A stretch of 64,000 bases of DNA from an uncultured Acidobacteriota bacterium (lineage in GTDB: Bacteria > Acidobacteriota > Terriglobia > UBA7540). The translations under genes were made by a program, and so were the position numbers. The stretch lies in the NCBI GenBank assembly GCA_963804995.1, contig CAWDSK010000003.1:1344001-1408000 (forward strand), written 5' to 3'. Below, one piece after another: positions 10,972 to 20,962 of this stretch. Under the pieces are notes generated by a model, which ran no database searches, was not told the DNA's origin, and saw nothing but the letters and a program-made list of their open reading frames with translations. Within the stretch, counting starts at the first letter, position 1. Each line of letters starts with the position of its first letter.

Positions 10972-12102
10972 CTACCTCAACTTCAATGTCGTCAGAGCAA
11001 AAAGGGCGAAGATCAGCGCGGCAATCCAAAAGCGCGCAATGATCTTCGATTCCTTCCAACCGCTCAATTCAAAGTGATGATGCAGCGGCGCCATGCGGAA
11101 AATGCGTTTGCCCCGCAATCTAAACGACCCCACTTGCAAGATGACGGAAAGTGCTTCCACAACAAAAATTCCCCCAATGAAAGGGAGCAACAATTCCTGC
11201 TTGATCAGCACTGCGACGGTTCCCATGGCGCCCCCTAGCGCGAGCGAGCCCACGTCACCCATGAAAATCTCCGCCGGGTAAGCGTTGTACCAGAGAAAGC
11301 CCAGGCTCGCGCCCACCATGGAACCACAGAAAATGGTCAATTCACCCACGCGAGGCAGGTGCTCCACATCGAGGTAGCCGGAAAAGACGGAGTGGCCGGC
11401 GACGTAGGTCAGCACCGTCAAGGCCCCGGCGGAAATCACCAGGCACCCGATTGCCAATCCGTCCAGGCCATCCGTCAGATTGACGGCGTTCGAAGACCCC
11501 ACCAGGACCAGCACAACGAAAAGCAAGAATGGGAGAAACGCCAGGGGGTAGGTCCAGACGTTTTTCAAAAAGAGCGAAATGAGAAATGTGGGGTGGAAGC
11601 GTTTGAAGAAAGGAAAGGTCAGGGTGGTGGAGTACAGCCCTCGCGCCGACAAGAAGACCAGTATGACCCCGAAGAGGAAGCTGACCAGAATCTGAAGCAG
11701 GAATTTTCCCCGCGCGCTCAGGCCCAGGTTCTGCCGGCGCTGGATCTTCTGGTAATCGTCCCAGAAACCAATGCTGCCAAACGCCAGGGTTGTTCCCAGG
11801 GTGAGCCAAACGAAGATATTGCTGAGATCTGACCACAGTAGGGTGGGAACGAGTATGCAAAGAATAATGAGGACACCACCCATAGTGGGCGTGCCCGCCT
11901 TGGATTGATGGGCCTGTGGCCCATCGGCGCGGATGTACTGGCCAATCTGGAATTCCTTGAGCTTCCGCACCAGCCACGGCCCCAGGACGAGCGAGAGGAG
12001 CAGCGCCGTCAGGCTGGCGTATGCCGTGCGAAAGGTGATGTACCGAAGCAGATTCAGGACATGAAATTCGGGATAGAATTTGAGGTAGAGATAATAGAGC
12101 AT
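10972..12102 (-). CDS. mraY: Phospho-N-acetylmuramoyl-pentapeptide transferase
   Basis: KAGTPTMGG, NAVNLTDGLDGL, IFMGDVGSLALG, MAPLHHHFEL. Confidence 0.98.
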   Translation of the reverse strand: MLYYLYLKFYPEFHVLNLLRYITFRTAYASLTALLLSLVLGPWLVRKLKEFQIGQYIRADGPQAHQSKAGTPTMGGVLIILCILVPTLLWSDLSNIFVWLTLGTTLAFGSIGFWDDYQKIQRRQNLGLSARGKFLLQILVSFLFGVILVFLSARGLYSTTLTFPFFKRFHPTFLISLFLKNVWTYPLAFLPFLLFVVLVLVGSSNAVNLTDGLDGLAIGCLVISAGALTVLTYVAGHSVFSGYLDVEHLPRVGELTIFCGSMVGASLGFLWYNAYPAEIFMGDVGSLALGGAMGTVAVLIKQELLLPFIGGIFVVEALSVILQVGSFRLRGKRIFRMAPLHHHFELSGWKESKIIARFWIAALIFALFALTTLKLR

Positions 12103-12106
12103 GGGG

Positions 12107-13552
12107 TTATACCAAGGGGGTAGGCTCCCGACCGGACCGCGGCGCAGTCCCAGGATTTACCAACGCGCCTCGCAGCAATTCAATCGCCGTTTCCAAGTGA
12201 ACTCCACGAGAACCCTTCACCAAGACCACATCGCCAGGTGAGAGGAGGGTAAGGCAGAAATCACCGGCCTCCTTGGGGTGAGGAAAGAACCGCAGATGGT
12301 CCTTGGCGATCCCCCCCTCCGCGGCGCCCTCCAGAAAGAACCTCGCATCTCCCTGCACGGCAATCAGCCAGGACACACCGCTCTGGGCGCATTTGCGGCC
12401 AACGGCTCGATGCAGTTCCGGCGAGGTTTGTCCCAGCTCCAACATCTCACCCGCCACCACAAGCCGGCGCCGCGCCCCCGGCCACGTGGCCAGCGCCTCA
12501 AGCATGCGTTCCATGGCGAGTGGGTTTGAGTTATAGCAATCGTTGATCACCGTGATCTCGCCGGGCAGTGTAAGAATTTCACTCCGTTGATGTAAATTCT
12601 GAAACTCCGCGAGGCCCCGGCGAATCTCCTCTGGGGGAATCGCGCAGAGCGTTGCCACGGCCGTCGCCGCCAGGGCATTCTGGATATTATGCCGGCCGGG
12701 CAGAGGCAGCGTGCATTCTCCCTCCCAGTCCGGGGTATGGACCTGAAAGGAGCTTCCGCCGCCCACGCCCCCCCTGACTTGATCGGCACGAAAAGACGCT
12801 TTCTCGGAAAAGCCAAATGTCACCACGCGGCCGGGAAAACCTTCCGCGAACCTTCGCACGCGTTCATCGTCTTCGTTCAGGACGGCCACTCCCCGCTCGC
12901 CCCTGGTCGCGAGGTAATCGATCAACTCGCGTTTGGCGAGGGCAATCGAATCCACGGAATCAAAGAACTGTAGGTGCACCGGAGCAACATTCGTCACCAC
13001 CCCGACGTCAGGCTCCGCCAGGCGCGAAAGGCGGGCAATCTCTCCAAGGGCGGACATCCCCAACTCCATTACTGCTACCTCGTGCTCAACCTCCAGGGCC
13101 AGTAACGCCAGAGGCAGGCCATAATCGTTGTTCAAATTGCCCGGCGAGCGCAGCACGCGCAGCCGCCGGCCGAGGAGCGCAGCGATCATCTCCTTGGTTG
13201 TACTTTTTCCAGCGCTGCCCGTGACAGCGATAAGCCGCTTTCCCCACTGGCGGCGAACCTCACGCCCCAGAGTTTGCAGCGCGCCGAGTGTGTCAGCGAC
13301 CGCAAGCAGCGCAGGGCGCCATTCCTCCGGAGCCGCAGCGGCAAATGACCGCTCGACCACCGCACCGGCGGCGCCACTTTCCAAAACGTGCCTGACAAAC
13401 TGGTGGCCATCAAAGCGTGGCCCTCGAAGGGCAAAGAAGAGCTGGCCGGATTGAATCGAGCGAGAGTCAATCGAGTAGCCGGAGACGCAGCGGTGAGGCA
13501 CGGCACTTGTGGTGCCTAGTCGCGCCGCAACGTCACCCATCGTCCATTTCAT
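12107..13552 (-). CDS. murF: UDP-MurNAc-tripeptide--D-Ala-D-Ala ligase
   Basis: SIDSR, VTGSAGKSTTKE, INDCYNSNP, GEMLELG, LVKGSRG; start set at MKWTMG (13552) because the upstream in-frame part is heptamer repeat. Confidence 0.95.
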   Translation of the reverse strand: MKWTMGDVAARLGTTSAVPHRCVSGYSIDSRSIQSGQLFFALRGPRFDGHQFVRHVLESGAAGAVVERSFAAAAPEEWRPALLAVADTLGALQTLGREVRRQWGKRLIAVTGSAGKSTTKEMIAALLGRRLRVLRSPGNLNNDYGLPLALLALEVEHEVAVMELGMSALGEIARLSRLAEPDVGVVTNVAPVHLQFFDSVDSIALAKRELIDYLATRGERGVAVLNEDDERVRRFAEGFPGRVVTFGFSEKASFRADQVRGGVGGGSSFQVHTPDWEGECTLPLPGRHNIQNALAATAVATLCAIPPEEIRRGLAEFQNLHQRSEILTLPGEITVINDCYNSNPLAMERMLEALATWPGARRRLVVAGEMLELGQTSPELHRAVGRKCAQSGVSWLIAVQGDARFFLEGAAEGGIAKDHLRFFPHPKEAGDFCLTLLSPGDVVLVKGSRGVHLETAIELLRGALVNPGTAPRSGREPTPLV

Positions 13553-13653
13553 GGCCGACTTGTTGATGGTCGATTTCGATTGTCGATTGACGATTGAATT
13601 AAGGGAAGCTCTCAGTCTCCAGTAAGGGCGATCCTTAATCGACAATCGTCAAT

Positions 13654-15126
13654 CTACTTCCCGTACCCCATCTCCCGCAGGACTTGGCGCGCAACTTCCC
13701 GGTCGTCAAAATCGATCTTTCCATCTCTAAGAATTTGATACGTCTCGTGCCCCTTGCCGGCCAGAACCACCACGTCACCCCCGCGGGCTTCTGCCAAAGC
13801 TCTACGGATGGCAATTCCGCGGTCAACTTCCGCAAGGTACGGTTTACCCGTCCGCTGTAATCCCACCAGGGCGTCAGCCAAAATAAGCAAGGGGTCTTCA
13901 CTGCGAGGATTATCGGAGGTAAGCACTACGAAATCCGCCAGCGAACCTGCGGCCTCACCCATGCGGGGGCGCTTGGTGCGGTCGCGCTCGCCGCCACACC
14001 CGAACAGAACAATCAGGCGATGGGAGGTCAAATGGCGGGCCGTCCTGAGAACGTTTTTCAGAGCGTCATCGGTGTGCGCGTAATCCACTACGACCAGAAA
14101 GGGCTGACCCTCGTCGATGCGCTCAAAGCGCCCCGGGACCGCTTTCAGATTGGCGATTCCCTCCTCAATTTTGGCGCTCGAAATCCCCATAGCCACCCCC
14201 GTAGAAACCGCTGCCAGAATATTGGCCAGATTCGCCTGTCCGACCAGTGGAGAGGTGATTCGTAGTTCCCCCCTGGGCGTCACGATGGTTGCTTCTGTTC
14301 CCTGCAGAGTTGACGCGGATTGCCTGGGCATCACTTGCGCGTTGCTATTCAAACCGTAGGTCAAGAGGTTCGGATACGGCAGTTCCAGGAGCCGCACGCC
14401 CCAAGGATCGTCAAGGTTGATGACGGCCCAGTCCGGGGGTGAAGATCCCAACCCCTCGAAGAGGCGCCGCTTGGCCTCGAAGTAATGCTCGAAATCCTTG
14501 TGGTAGTCCAGATGGTCCTGCGTCAGATTGGTGAAAACCGCCACCGCAAAGTGAAACCCCCAGACGCGCTCTTGCGCAAGCGCGTGCGACGATACTTCCA
14601 TGACCGCGGCCTTGCCACCCGCCTTCACGAGCTCGGCAAAGTAGGAAACCAAATCGAGAGATTCCGGCGTGGTATTTGTTGCGGTTTTGATTTTGCCGCC
14701 CATGCGGTATTCAATCGTGCCGAAGACACCACAGGGAACACCCGCCGCTTCCAGAACGCTCTCCACCAGATAGGTAATAGTGGTTTTGCCGTTGGTCCCC
14801 GTAATTCCAATGAGCTTGAGCTGCTCTTCCGGGTGACCGAAAAGGGTGCGGCTGGCGGCTGCCAGGGCACGGCGCACGGCCGAGACCTGAATCCAACGCG
14901 TGGCAAGCTCAGCCGGGGCGGCACGCTCGCTCACCACCGCCACAGCGCCCCGCTCCAGAGCATGTGGAATGTACAGGTGACCGTCGGCCTTTTCACCCTG
15001 AATAGCAAAGAAGAGCGTGCCCGGGCGGACTTCGTTGGAGTTGTAAGCGAGAGAAGAAACCTCCACCGTCGCGTCTGCACCCGTGTGCAGAACCGGCAAA
15101 TCGCCGAGTAATTCGCCAAGCTTCAT
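13654..15126 (-). CDS. murE: UDP-MurNAc-dipeptide--meso-DAP ligase
   Basis: ITGTNGKTT, MEVSSH, NLTQDHLDYH, DYAHT, DAP-specific DNPR, AGKGHE. Confidence 0.98.
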   Translation of the reverse strand: MKLGELLGDLPVLHTGADATVEVSSLAYNSNEVRPGTLFFAIQGEKADGHLYIPHALERGAVAVVSERAAPAELATRWIQVSAVRRALAAASRTLFGHPEEQLKLIGITGTNGKTTITYLVESVLEAAGVPCGVFGTIEYRMGGKIKTATNTTPESLDLVSYFAELVKAGGKAAVMEVSSHALAQERVWGFHFAVAVFTNLTQDHLDYHKDFEHYFEAKRRLFEGLGSSPPDWAVINLDDPWGVRLLELPYPNLLTYGLNSNAQVMPRQSASTLQGTEATIVTPRGELRITSPLVGQANLANILAAVSTGVAMGISSAKIEEGIANLKAVPGRFERIDEGQPFLVVVDYAHTDDALKNVLRTARHLTSHRLIVLFGCGGERDRTKRPRMGEAAGSLADFVVLTSDNPRSEDPLLILADALVGLQRTGKPYLAEVDRGIAIRRALAEARGGDVVVLAGKGHETYQILRDGKIDFDDREVARQVLREMGYGK

Positions 15127-15162
15127 TTCCCTCTCGCTTCAAATCACCATCAAAAATTCTTC

Positions 15163-15372
15163 TTCCCTCGCCCCCTTGGGGGAGAGGGGGGACCGCAAGG
15201 CGGAGGGGGCCCCACGTTCTGCTTGTTGTGGGGGTGAGGGGGTCAGCACTCACATGAATGCATTGCGTCAAATTTGTAGAGGGTGTGACGGTTTTGACCC
15301 CCTCACCCGTCTCGCCCCGGCTGGTGAAAGCGCCGGTTGCGAGCCACCCTCTCCCCCAAGGGGGCGAGGGAA
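15163..15372. repeat. CCCTCTCCC-type palindromic repeat element
   Basis: Perfect 26-bp terminal IR TTCCCTCGCCCCCTTGGGGGAGAGGG (15163-15188 / 15347-15372) plus an inner GGTGAGGGGGTC / GACCCCCTCACC pair. Related copies at about 35287, 43680, 44808 and 57141. Confidence 0.8.
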
Positions 15373-15504
15373 ATAACTTCAAAAAAACGCTCTCATCTCC
15401 AAGGTGCTGTTAACCGGCACCTCTTGCCTGTCCGTCCAGCGCTAGCATTCTGCCGCGATCCTGTTGCCGATAGCCACTCCTCCAGTCCAATCGACAATCG
15501 GCAA

Positions 15505-17607
15505 TTACCTTGCCATGCGCACCCAAACGCGCGTGCCGGAAGGCACCTTGATACCCGCCACGGGATTCTGCTCCACGGCCAGCCCCGTTCCGGCCATATT
15601 GAGATCCAGTCCTAACTTTTCACACTCTTCCGCCACGCGGCGCGCGGCCCAGCCGGAAAAATCCGGGACGGACACGAGAGGGCCATCACCCAGAATCACC
15701 GTGCTGGATGCAACCTCATCTTGTGGGGCGCGGCCCAAATCAAGACTTTCAGGTGAAAGCCCCTTTGAGTAGGATGCGGTTTGCACGGGTGATGTGGCAA
15801 CTCCGGGTAGTCCTCGATCCGAAGGAAGGAACCCCGCGAAGTCTCCGCGCTTCTGGGCGGGAGGCCTTGCAGGTAATGCGGATACTACTTGAGGCCACCG
15901 GGAGGGATTGTCTTGCGGGACATTTAAATAACCCAAAGTCTGCTCTGCGATGGATCGGAACACCGGAGCTGCCACGTCGGTCCCGTGATGTGCTCCCACC
16001 GGAGTATCAATGACCACCAGAATAGTCACCGCCGGCCGTGTAACGGGAGCAAAGCCTATAAAGGAAGCTACGTAGTGCGATTTTGAGTACGCGCCGCTGG
16101 CGTCAATCTTTTGTGCAGTGCCGGTTTTACCGGCCGACGAGTATCCTGCCAATTGTGCGGGCTTGCCGGTGCCGTGATCGACGACCGCCGCAAAGATCTG
16201 CCGCATCATCTCAGCCGTGTGCTCGGTAATCACCCGATGACCGGAAGCCGCGGGCAGGGGTTCGTGGTGCGCCCCGAGAAAAACATCGCGCACCACGCGG
16301 GGTTCAAACAGGATTCCGCCATTTGCGACGGTGGAGAATGCCGTGATCATCTGCACAGGCGTCACGCCGATTTCCTGCCCCATGGAGATTTCCCCGATGG
16401 ATATCCCGGACCATCGGCTGGGCGGCTTGAGCAGCCCGCGCTCTTCACCCGGCAATTCAATATCGGTCTTCGCCCCGAAGCCGAAACTGCGTATATAGCG
16501 ATAGAGGCGATCATCGCCGAGCCGCAAGCCCAGTTTGATGGCGCCCACGTCACTCGAGTTGGCAATCACGTCGGTCACGCTGAGGTCGCCAAAGGGCTTA
16601 TGGTCGTGAATGGTGTGGCCCGCCAGCACAATGCTGCCGTTTTGACAGTTGATAACTTCCTGGGGATTAGCCAGGTTTTCTTCGAGCGCGGCAGACGCGG
16701 CGACCAGCTTGAAGGTCGAGCCCGGCTCATAAACCCAGCTCACTCCGCGATCCTCACGGGCGCTGGCTGAACTGGCCCCAAAGTCGTTGGGATTGAAGGT
16801 GGGCTGGTTGGCGAGCGCCAGAATCTCGCCCGTGTTGGGGTTCTGGACGATGGCCACGCCCCCGACGGCCTGAGTAAGTTCAACCGCCTGCGCCAAAGCC
16901 TTCTCCGCGATGTACTGAATCTTCTCGTCGAGCGTCAGCACCAGGTTTTTGCCCGGCGCCCCCGCCCATTCGGTGCTGTGGAAGGTGCGGCGGCGCGCGT
17001 CTGAGGCCAAGAGGACCCGCCCCGGCCTGCCCTTGACTTCATCCTCGCGCGCGTACTCCATCCCGCTCAGACCCTTGTCATCCAGACCGACGTACCCAAT
17101 GACCTGGGCGCCCAATTCTCCTTTGGGATAGAAACGTTTGGGCTCGCGCTGGAAGTAGACGCCTTTCAGGTTCAGGTCACGCACCCGGGCGGCTTCCGCC
17201 GCGCTGACCTTGCGCTTGACCCAGCAGAAGGAGTGCAAGGCCTGGAACCGGCCCAGCAGGTCATTCGCATCCAGGCCCAGCACCGGCGCGAGGAGTGTCG
17301 CCACCATCTTGGGATCCGCAAGCTCACTGGGCACAGCGTAGACCGAGTCCACCCCCAGGCTCATGGCCAGGGGATTCATCTGGCGGTCATAGATGTCTCC
17401 GCGCTGGGGAGCAACCTCGATGGTCCGTTGCTGCTGACGCTGGGCCCGCGCCAGCAAATCCACGTATTGAATAACCTGGAAGTAGTAGAGGCGGGCGGCA
17501 ATGCAGGAAAACCACAGGAGGCAGATTACGCCCACGATCAGTCGCCGCCTCTCCAGGCGAGACCGATCGGGCTTCGCCGCACGAGATTCCGGCTTGCGTC
17601 GGCTCAT
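15505..17607 (-). CDS. ftsI: Class B penicillin-binding protein FtsI/PBP3 with a C-terminal PASTA domain
   Basis: TM anchor, RGDIYDR, EPGSTFK (SxxK), SSD (SxN position), KTGTAQK, C-terminal VPDFSG PASTA. Confidence 0.95.
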   Translation of the reverse strand: MSRRKPESRAAKPDRSRLERRRLIVGVICLLWFSCIAARLYYFQVIQYVDLLARAQRQQQRTIEVAPQRGDIYDRQMNPLAMSLGVDSVYAVPSELADPKMVATLLAPVLGLDANDLLGRFQALHSFCWVKRKVSAAEAARVRDLNLKGVYFQREPKRFYPKGELGAQVIGYVGLDDKGLSGMEYAREDEVKGRPGRVLLASDARRRTFHSTEWAGAPGKNLVLTLDEKIQYIAEKALAQAVELTQAVGGVAIVQNPNTGEILALANQPTFNPNDFGASSASAREDRGVSWVYEPGSTFKLVAASAALEENLANPQEVINCQNGSIVLAGHTIHDHKPFGDLSVTDVIANSSDVGAIKLGLRLGDDRLYRYIRSFGFGAKTDIELPGEERGLLKPPSRWSGISIGEISMGQEIGVTPVQMITAFSTVANGGILFEPRVVRDVFLGAHHEPLPAASGHRVITEHTAEMMRQIFAAVVDHGTGKPAQLAGYSSAGKTGTAQKIDASGAYSKSHYVASFIGFAPVTRPAVTILVVIDTPVGAHHGTDVAAPVFRSIAEQTLGYLNVPQDNPSRWPQVVSALPARPPAQKRGDFAGFLPSDRGLPGVATSPVQTASYSKGLSPESLDLGRAPQDEVASSTVILGDGPLVSVPDFSGWAARRVAEECEKLGLDLNMAGTGLAVEQNPVAGIKVPSGTRVWVRMAR

Positions 17608-17612
17608 CGGAG

Positions 17613-18107
17613 CTATGGCTCGTGTCGAGTTTCCCCACCCACTGCGGAGAAGTTGCGCGCGAGCTCCGGGCTTTCCGAGGAGGCCGCGGCCGGCTCGGGC
17701 TCACCCACGTGAATCACTTGCTGCGGGCTGGGCGAGACCATCCCGAGCTGGGTTCTCGCCAGCGTGTCGATCCTTTCAGGATCGGCCAGCGATGCCTGCT
17801 CGAGCCGAAGCTGGTGATTCCACTCTTCCAGCGCCGTGCGTTCGTGCTTGAATTGCTCGATCTGATAACCGTACCGCACGCACTGGAAATGCTGCCATGC
17901 GAACAGCAGCACAAATAGAAAAACCACAATGCCCAATCCGAGGAGACTGAAACATTCACGGCGACGCTCCACGTCAACTTCCCGCACCAAGCGGGAATTA
18001 TCGATGTGCTTCACAAAGTAGAATTCCGGGAAACTCGCCCGGCCCGCGGCCGGAACGTTTCTCGGACGCCGTCTGGTTCTCGGTAATGTGACTGCTGCTG
18101 TGGCCAT
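17613..18107 (-). CDS. ftsL: Cell division protein FtsL
   Basis: Single TM, coiled coil, LADPERIDTLARTQLGM; lies between rsmH and ftsI. Confidence 0.88.
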   Translation of the reverse strand: MATAAVTLPRTRRRPRNVPAAGRASFPEFYFVKHIDNSRLVREVDVERRRECFSLLGLGIVVFLFVLLFAWQHFQCVRYGYQIEQFKHERTALEEWNHQLRLEQASLADPERIDTLARTQLGMVSPSPQQVIHVGEPEPAAASSESPELARNFSAVGGETRHEP

Positions 18108-18164
18108 CTAAGCACCGGGATACGGGGTTGGGGTAAAACAGCCCTGCTCTCTGTTCCCTGTTCC

Positions 18165-19040
18165 CTATTCCCTGCTCTTCTCAGCCGCCCGTAATTTGGC
18201 ACTGCGCGCGCGTGGATTAAGCCGCACTTCCTCTTCCGTGGGGCGAACCACTTTGCGCGTCAGGATGCGGGCGCTGCCTTCCCGCTGCCAACGCTGGAAG
18301 GTGTGCTTTACAATCCGGTCTTCCAGCGAGTGGAAACTCAGGATCACGATGCGCCCTCCGGGCCGGAGGACACCCAGGACCCTGGCGAGAAACTGCTCGA
18401 GGTTTTCGAGCTCACGATTGATAGCCAGCCGCAGCGCCATGAACGTCCGCGTGGCTGGATGAATTTGGTGGAGGCCCGCCCGGGAGGGGATCGCTCGCGT
18501 CACCACCTGCGCCAGTTCGGTGGTTAATCGATACGGACGGGCCTTCACAATGGCTCGCGCAATCCGGCGCGAGTGGCGCTCTTCCCCCAACTTGTAGATA
18601 ACGTCTGCCAGGTCCCGCTCCCGAGCGCGGTTCGCAAGGTCGGCCGCGGTTTCCTCGGAGCTGGGATCCATTCGCATATCGAGAGGACCCGGCAAATTGA
18701 AGCTGAATCCGCGCGAAGCATCGTCAAGCTGCAGCGAGCTTAAACCGAGGTCGGCCAGGACGCCGTCCGCCGGCGGCAAACCCGTCGAGGCATGCAAGGT
18801 ATCGATATCGGCAAAGTTCCCGTGTAGCATCGTCAGCTTCTCGCCAAAACCCGCCAGCCTTTCGCCGGCTACTTCAAGCGCCTGGGGGTCGCGGTCGAGG
18901 CCCAGCAGCCTGCCGCTCCCTAAGCGCTTTAGGATCTCTTCCGCGTGTCCGCCGGCCCCCAGTGTCGCGTCGATGTAAATTCCCTCGGGCCGGACATTCA
19001 AAAACTCGATGGCCTCGTGAAGCAGAACCGGGAGATGCAT
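18165..19040 (-). CDS. rsmH: 16S rRNA m4C1402 methyltransferase RsmH
   Basis: HLPVLL, DATLGAGGH, DLGLSSLQLD, PLDMRMD, SFHSLEDR, NPRARSAKLR. Confidence 0.98.
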   Translation of the reverse strand: MHLPVLLHEAIEFLNVRPEGIYIDATLGAGGHAEEILKRLGSGRLLGLDRDPQALEVAGERLAGFGEKLTMLHGNFADIDTLHASTGLPPADGVLADLGLSSLQLDDASRGFSFNLPGPLDMRMDPSSEETAADLANRARERDLADVIYKLGEERHSRRIARAIVKARPYRLTTELAQVVTRAIPSRAGLHQIHPATRTFMALRLAINRELENLEQFLARVLGVLRPGGRIVILSFHSLEDRIVKHTFQRWQREGSARILTRKVVRPTEEEVRLNPRARSAKLRAAEKSRE

Positions 19041-19041
19041 G

Positions 19042-19245
19042 TCATCCCAGCAGCCCCTCGGGGCGGGGTACACACCATTCTTCCTGCGGGCCGCCGTGGA
19101 GCAACCTCTCGAAATCGGGCAGCAGATCGATCTCCTCCGCCCCTTCCAGAGCCAGACCGGTCACCGACACGCGCACTCCGGGCCAACGCCCAGAATCTTG
19201 CCCATCAACCGCCTGCCCCCTGCCGACTTGCTCCGTTGCTCCCAT
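19042..19245 (-). CDS. Small hypothetical protein (67 aa) between mraZ and rsmH
   Basis: GGGGAG RBS before ATG; stop TGA ends 1 nt before the rsmH ATG. No recognised motif. Confidence 0.45.
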   Translation of the reverse strand: MGATEQVGRGQAVDGQDSGRWPGVRVSVTGLALEGAEEIDLLPDFERLLHGGPQEEWCVPRPEGLLG

Positions 19246-19478
19246 GGTTTCTCCCCCATCTCCCCAGACCTAATCACTAACTCCCCAGGTCACGGTCAAG
19301 ATTCTCCTGGACTCAATCGCGACTGACCACACAGAGGCAGCCAATGCCGACGCACAGAAGAACCTGAATTACGCACATGTAGGCAATTCCGGCGCTCAGA
19401 AAACTTTGGATTGCCTCGACCGTGGAATGCAGATTCAGCCCCATAGCACCTCTGTATTTCAACCGGAGTCCCGCACCA

Positions 19479-19919
19479 TCAGATTCCCAAATTGCTGAGC
19501 GTTTGCTCGTCTTCGTCGGTAAGCGGCTCGCGCTCCAGGTGCTCGCGGTACCGTTCCAGGTTCCAGACTTCCAGGTAATTCAGGTAACCGAGAACCGCCA
19601 CTTCCCCGTGCATCCCCGCCGACTCGCGCAGCAGCGTGGGAATCAGAACTCGCCCCTGGGCATCGGCCCGCGTGGCCTGCCCCCAATAGTTCGTGCGATC
19701 CAGAAACCGCTTCTTGGCCTTGTTCATCGAAGGCAAGGCAGCTAGCTTATCCTCGATCTCGCGCCAGACCGGAAACGGGTAAAGGCGCGCCGACTGGCCA
19801 TCCAGGCTGGTGACAAAAAAGTCCTGGCCATAGTTCTCGTCCAGGAAAACCTTAAAGGCGGTCGGAATCTTCAATCGACCCTTGGCGTCCACCGTTGCCG
19901 GGTTGTTGCCGCGAAGCAT
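19479..19919 (-). CDS. mraZ: Division/cell wall cluster transcriptional repressor MraZ
   Basis: Two SpoVT/AbrB repeats (DAKGRLKIP, DAQGRVLIP) and LEVWN. Confidence 0.97.
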   Translation of the reverse strand: MLRGNNPATVDAKGRLKIPTAFKVFLDENYGQDFFVTSLDGQSARLYPFPVWREIEDKLAALPSMNKAKKRFLDRTNYWGQATRADAQGRVLIPTLLRESAGMHGEVAVLGYLNYLEVWNLERYREHLEREPLTDEDEQTLSNLGI

Positions 19920-19967
19920 TGGACCCGCCTCAAACTCTAAAAAGGAACTTAAAATCGACCCCGAGTT

Positions 19968-20001
19968 ACACTATCCTCTACTTTCTACCACTTTTGTCCA
20001 C
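19968..20001 (-). promoter_or_regulatory. MraZ-binding direct repeats
   Basis: Minus strand GTGG-ACAAAA-GTGG-TAGAAA-GTAG-AGGATA-GTGT, 10-bp period, immediately downstream of the -10 box. Confidence 0.8.
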
Positions 20002-20003
20002 CG

Positions 20004-20032
20004 ACTATACGGTTGTGTTTGAGGCTTGTCAA
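20004..20032 (-). promoter_or_regulatory. sigma70 promoter of the dcw operon
   Basis: TTGACA-17 bp-TATAGT on the minus strand. Confidence 0.85.
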
Positions 20033-20159
20033 GTGTTTTTTTAGTGAATTTTAAGGATTTAGGGGTTTTCGGTTATCCTTGGCCATTAGCGTTTTATCCA
20101 CCAACAAAATACCACCGGTTGGGGGGAAGAATCCAGTCGGAACCCGGACAGTTGGCCGG

Positions 20160-20816
20160 TCACTCGAATTGCTTCTTGAATTCCGCGAACTGTTGCTGCA
20201 AATCCGCGAGTTGTTGTTTGAGATTTTCGACCTCGGCCTCCAGGTGAAGAAGTTGCCCGCTGGGCACGTGGGCGGGCGATTCGACGGCCGGCTCAGCGGG
20301 CGCGGCTGTCCACTCTGGTTTCTCACCGCCCAGAAGCTGCGCGTAGCGTGATTCCTTGGTCCCAGGCTGCCGGGGCAGTTTCTTTACGAAGGGAGGCTCG
20401 CGCTCACTGAGCTTCTGAAGCGTGGCCTCGAGGGTTTCGAGATCATCAAAGCGGTGCATGCGTTCGGCGCGCGAGCGCAACTCACCCGGCGTCTGCGGGC
20501 CGCGCAACATGAGCTCGCAGAGCAGGGCGGTTTCGCGCCGGTCAAAGTTGAACACTTCCTGCCAACGGTGCGCAAACTTGGTGACTCGACTCTCCGCGGT
20601 CGAATTGGGTCCGGCCAGACCCTTGCGGCTGAGATCGCCGAGCGCGTCCCGCACGGCCTGCTCGTCCAGCGCCATTACGGGATTCCGATTCGACTTCTGA
20701 TTGCACGCGTTGGTAAGCGCATTGAGCGAGAGCGGGTAATAGTCCGGCGTGGTGATTCCCTTTTCGATGAGCGCACCCAGCACGCGCACTTCCCGATCCG
20801 ACAACAGCAGGTCCAC
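20160..20816 (-). CDS. YceH/DUF480 family protein
   Basis: EVRVLGALIEK, TTPDYYPLSLNALTNACNQKSNR, LMLRGPQTPGELR. Confidence 0.92.
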   Translation of the reverse strand: MDLLLSDREVRVLGALIEKGITTPDYYPLSLNALTNACNQKSNRNPVMALDEQAVRDALGDLSRKGLAGPNSTAESRVTKFAHRWQEVFNFDRRETALLCELMLRGPQTPGELRSRAERMHRFDDLETLEATLQKLSEREPPFVKKLPRQPGTKESRYAQLLGGEKPEWTAAPAEPAVESPAHVPSGQLLHLEAEVENLKQQLADLQQQFAEFKKQFE

Positions 20817-20962
20817 AAGACCTTCCTTCCCCCTCCGCGCGAAAAGATTCGCCCGGAGAATGAGCCAGCAAATTATTATAGAGTGCGCTTGTCGAATCTG
20901 CGAGACGAGGGCGGATTTCTTCTTGACAACGTCTTCCCCCGCCGCTAATTAAGGGGCGTATT

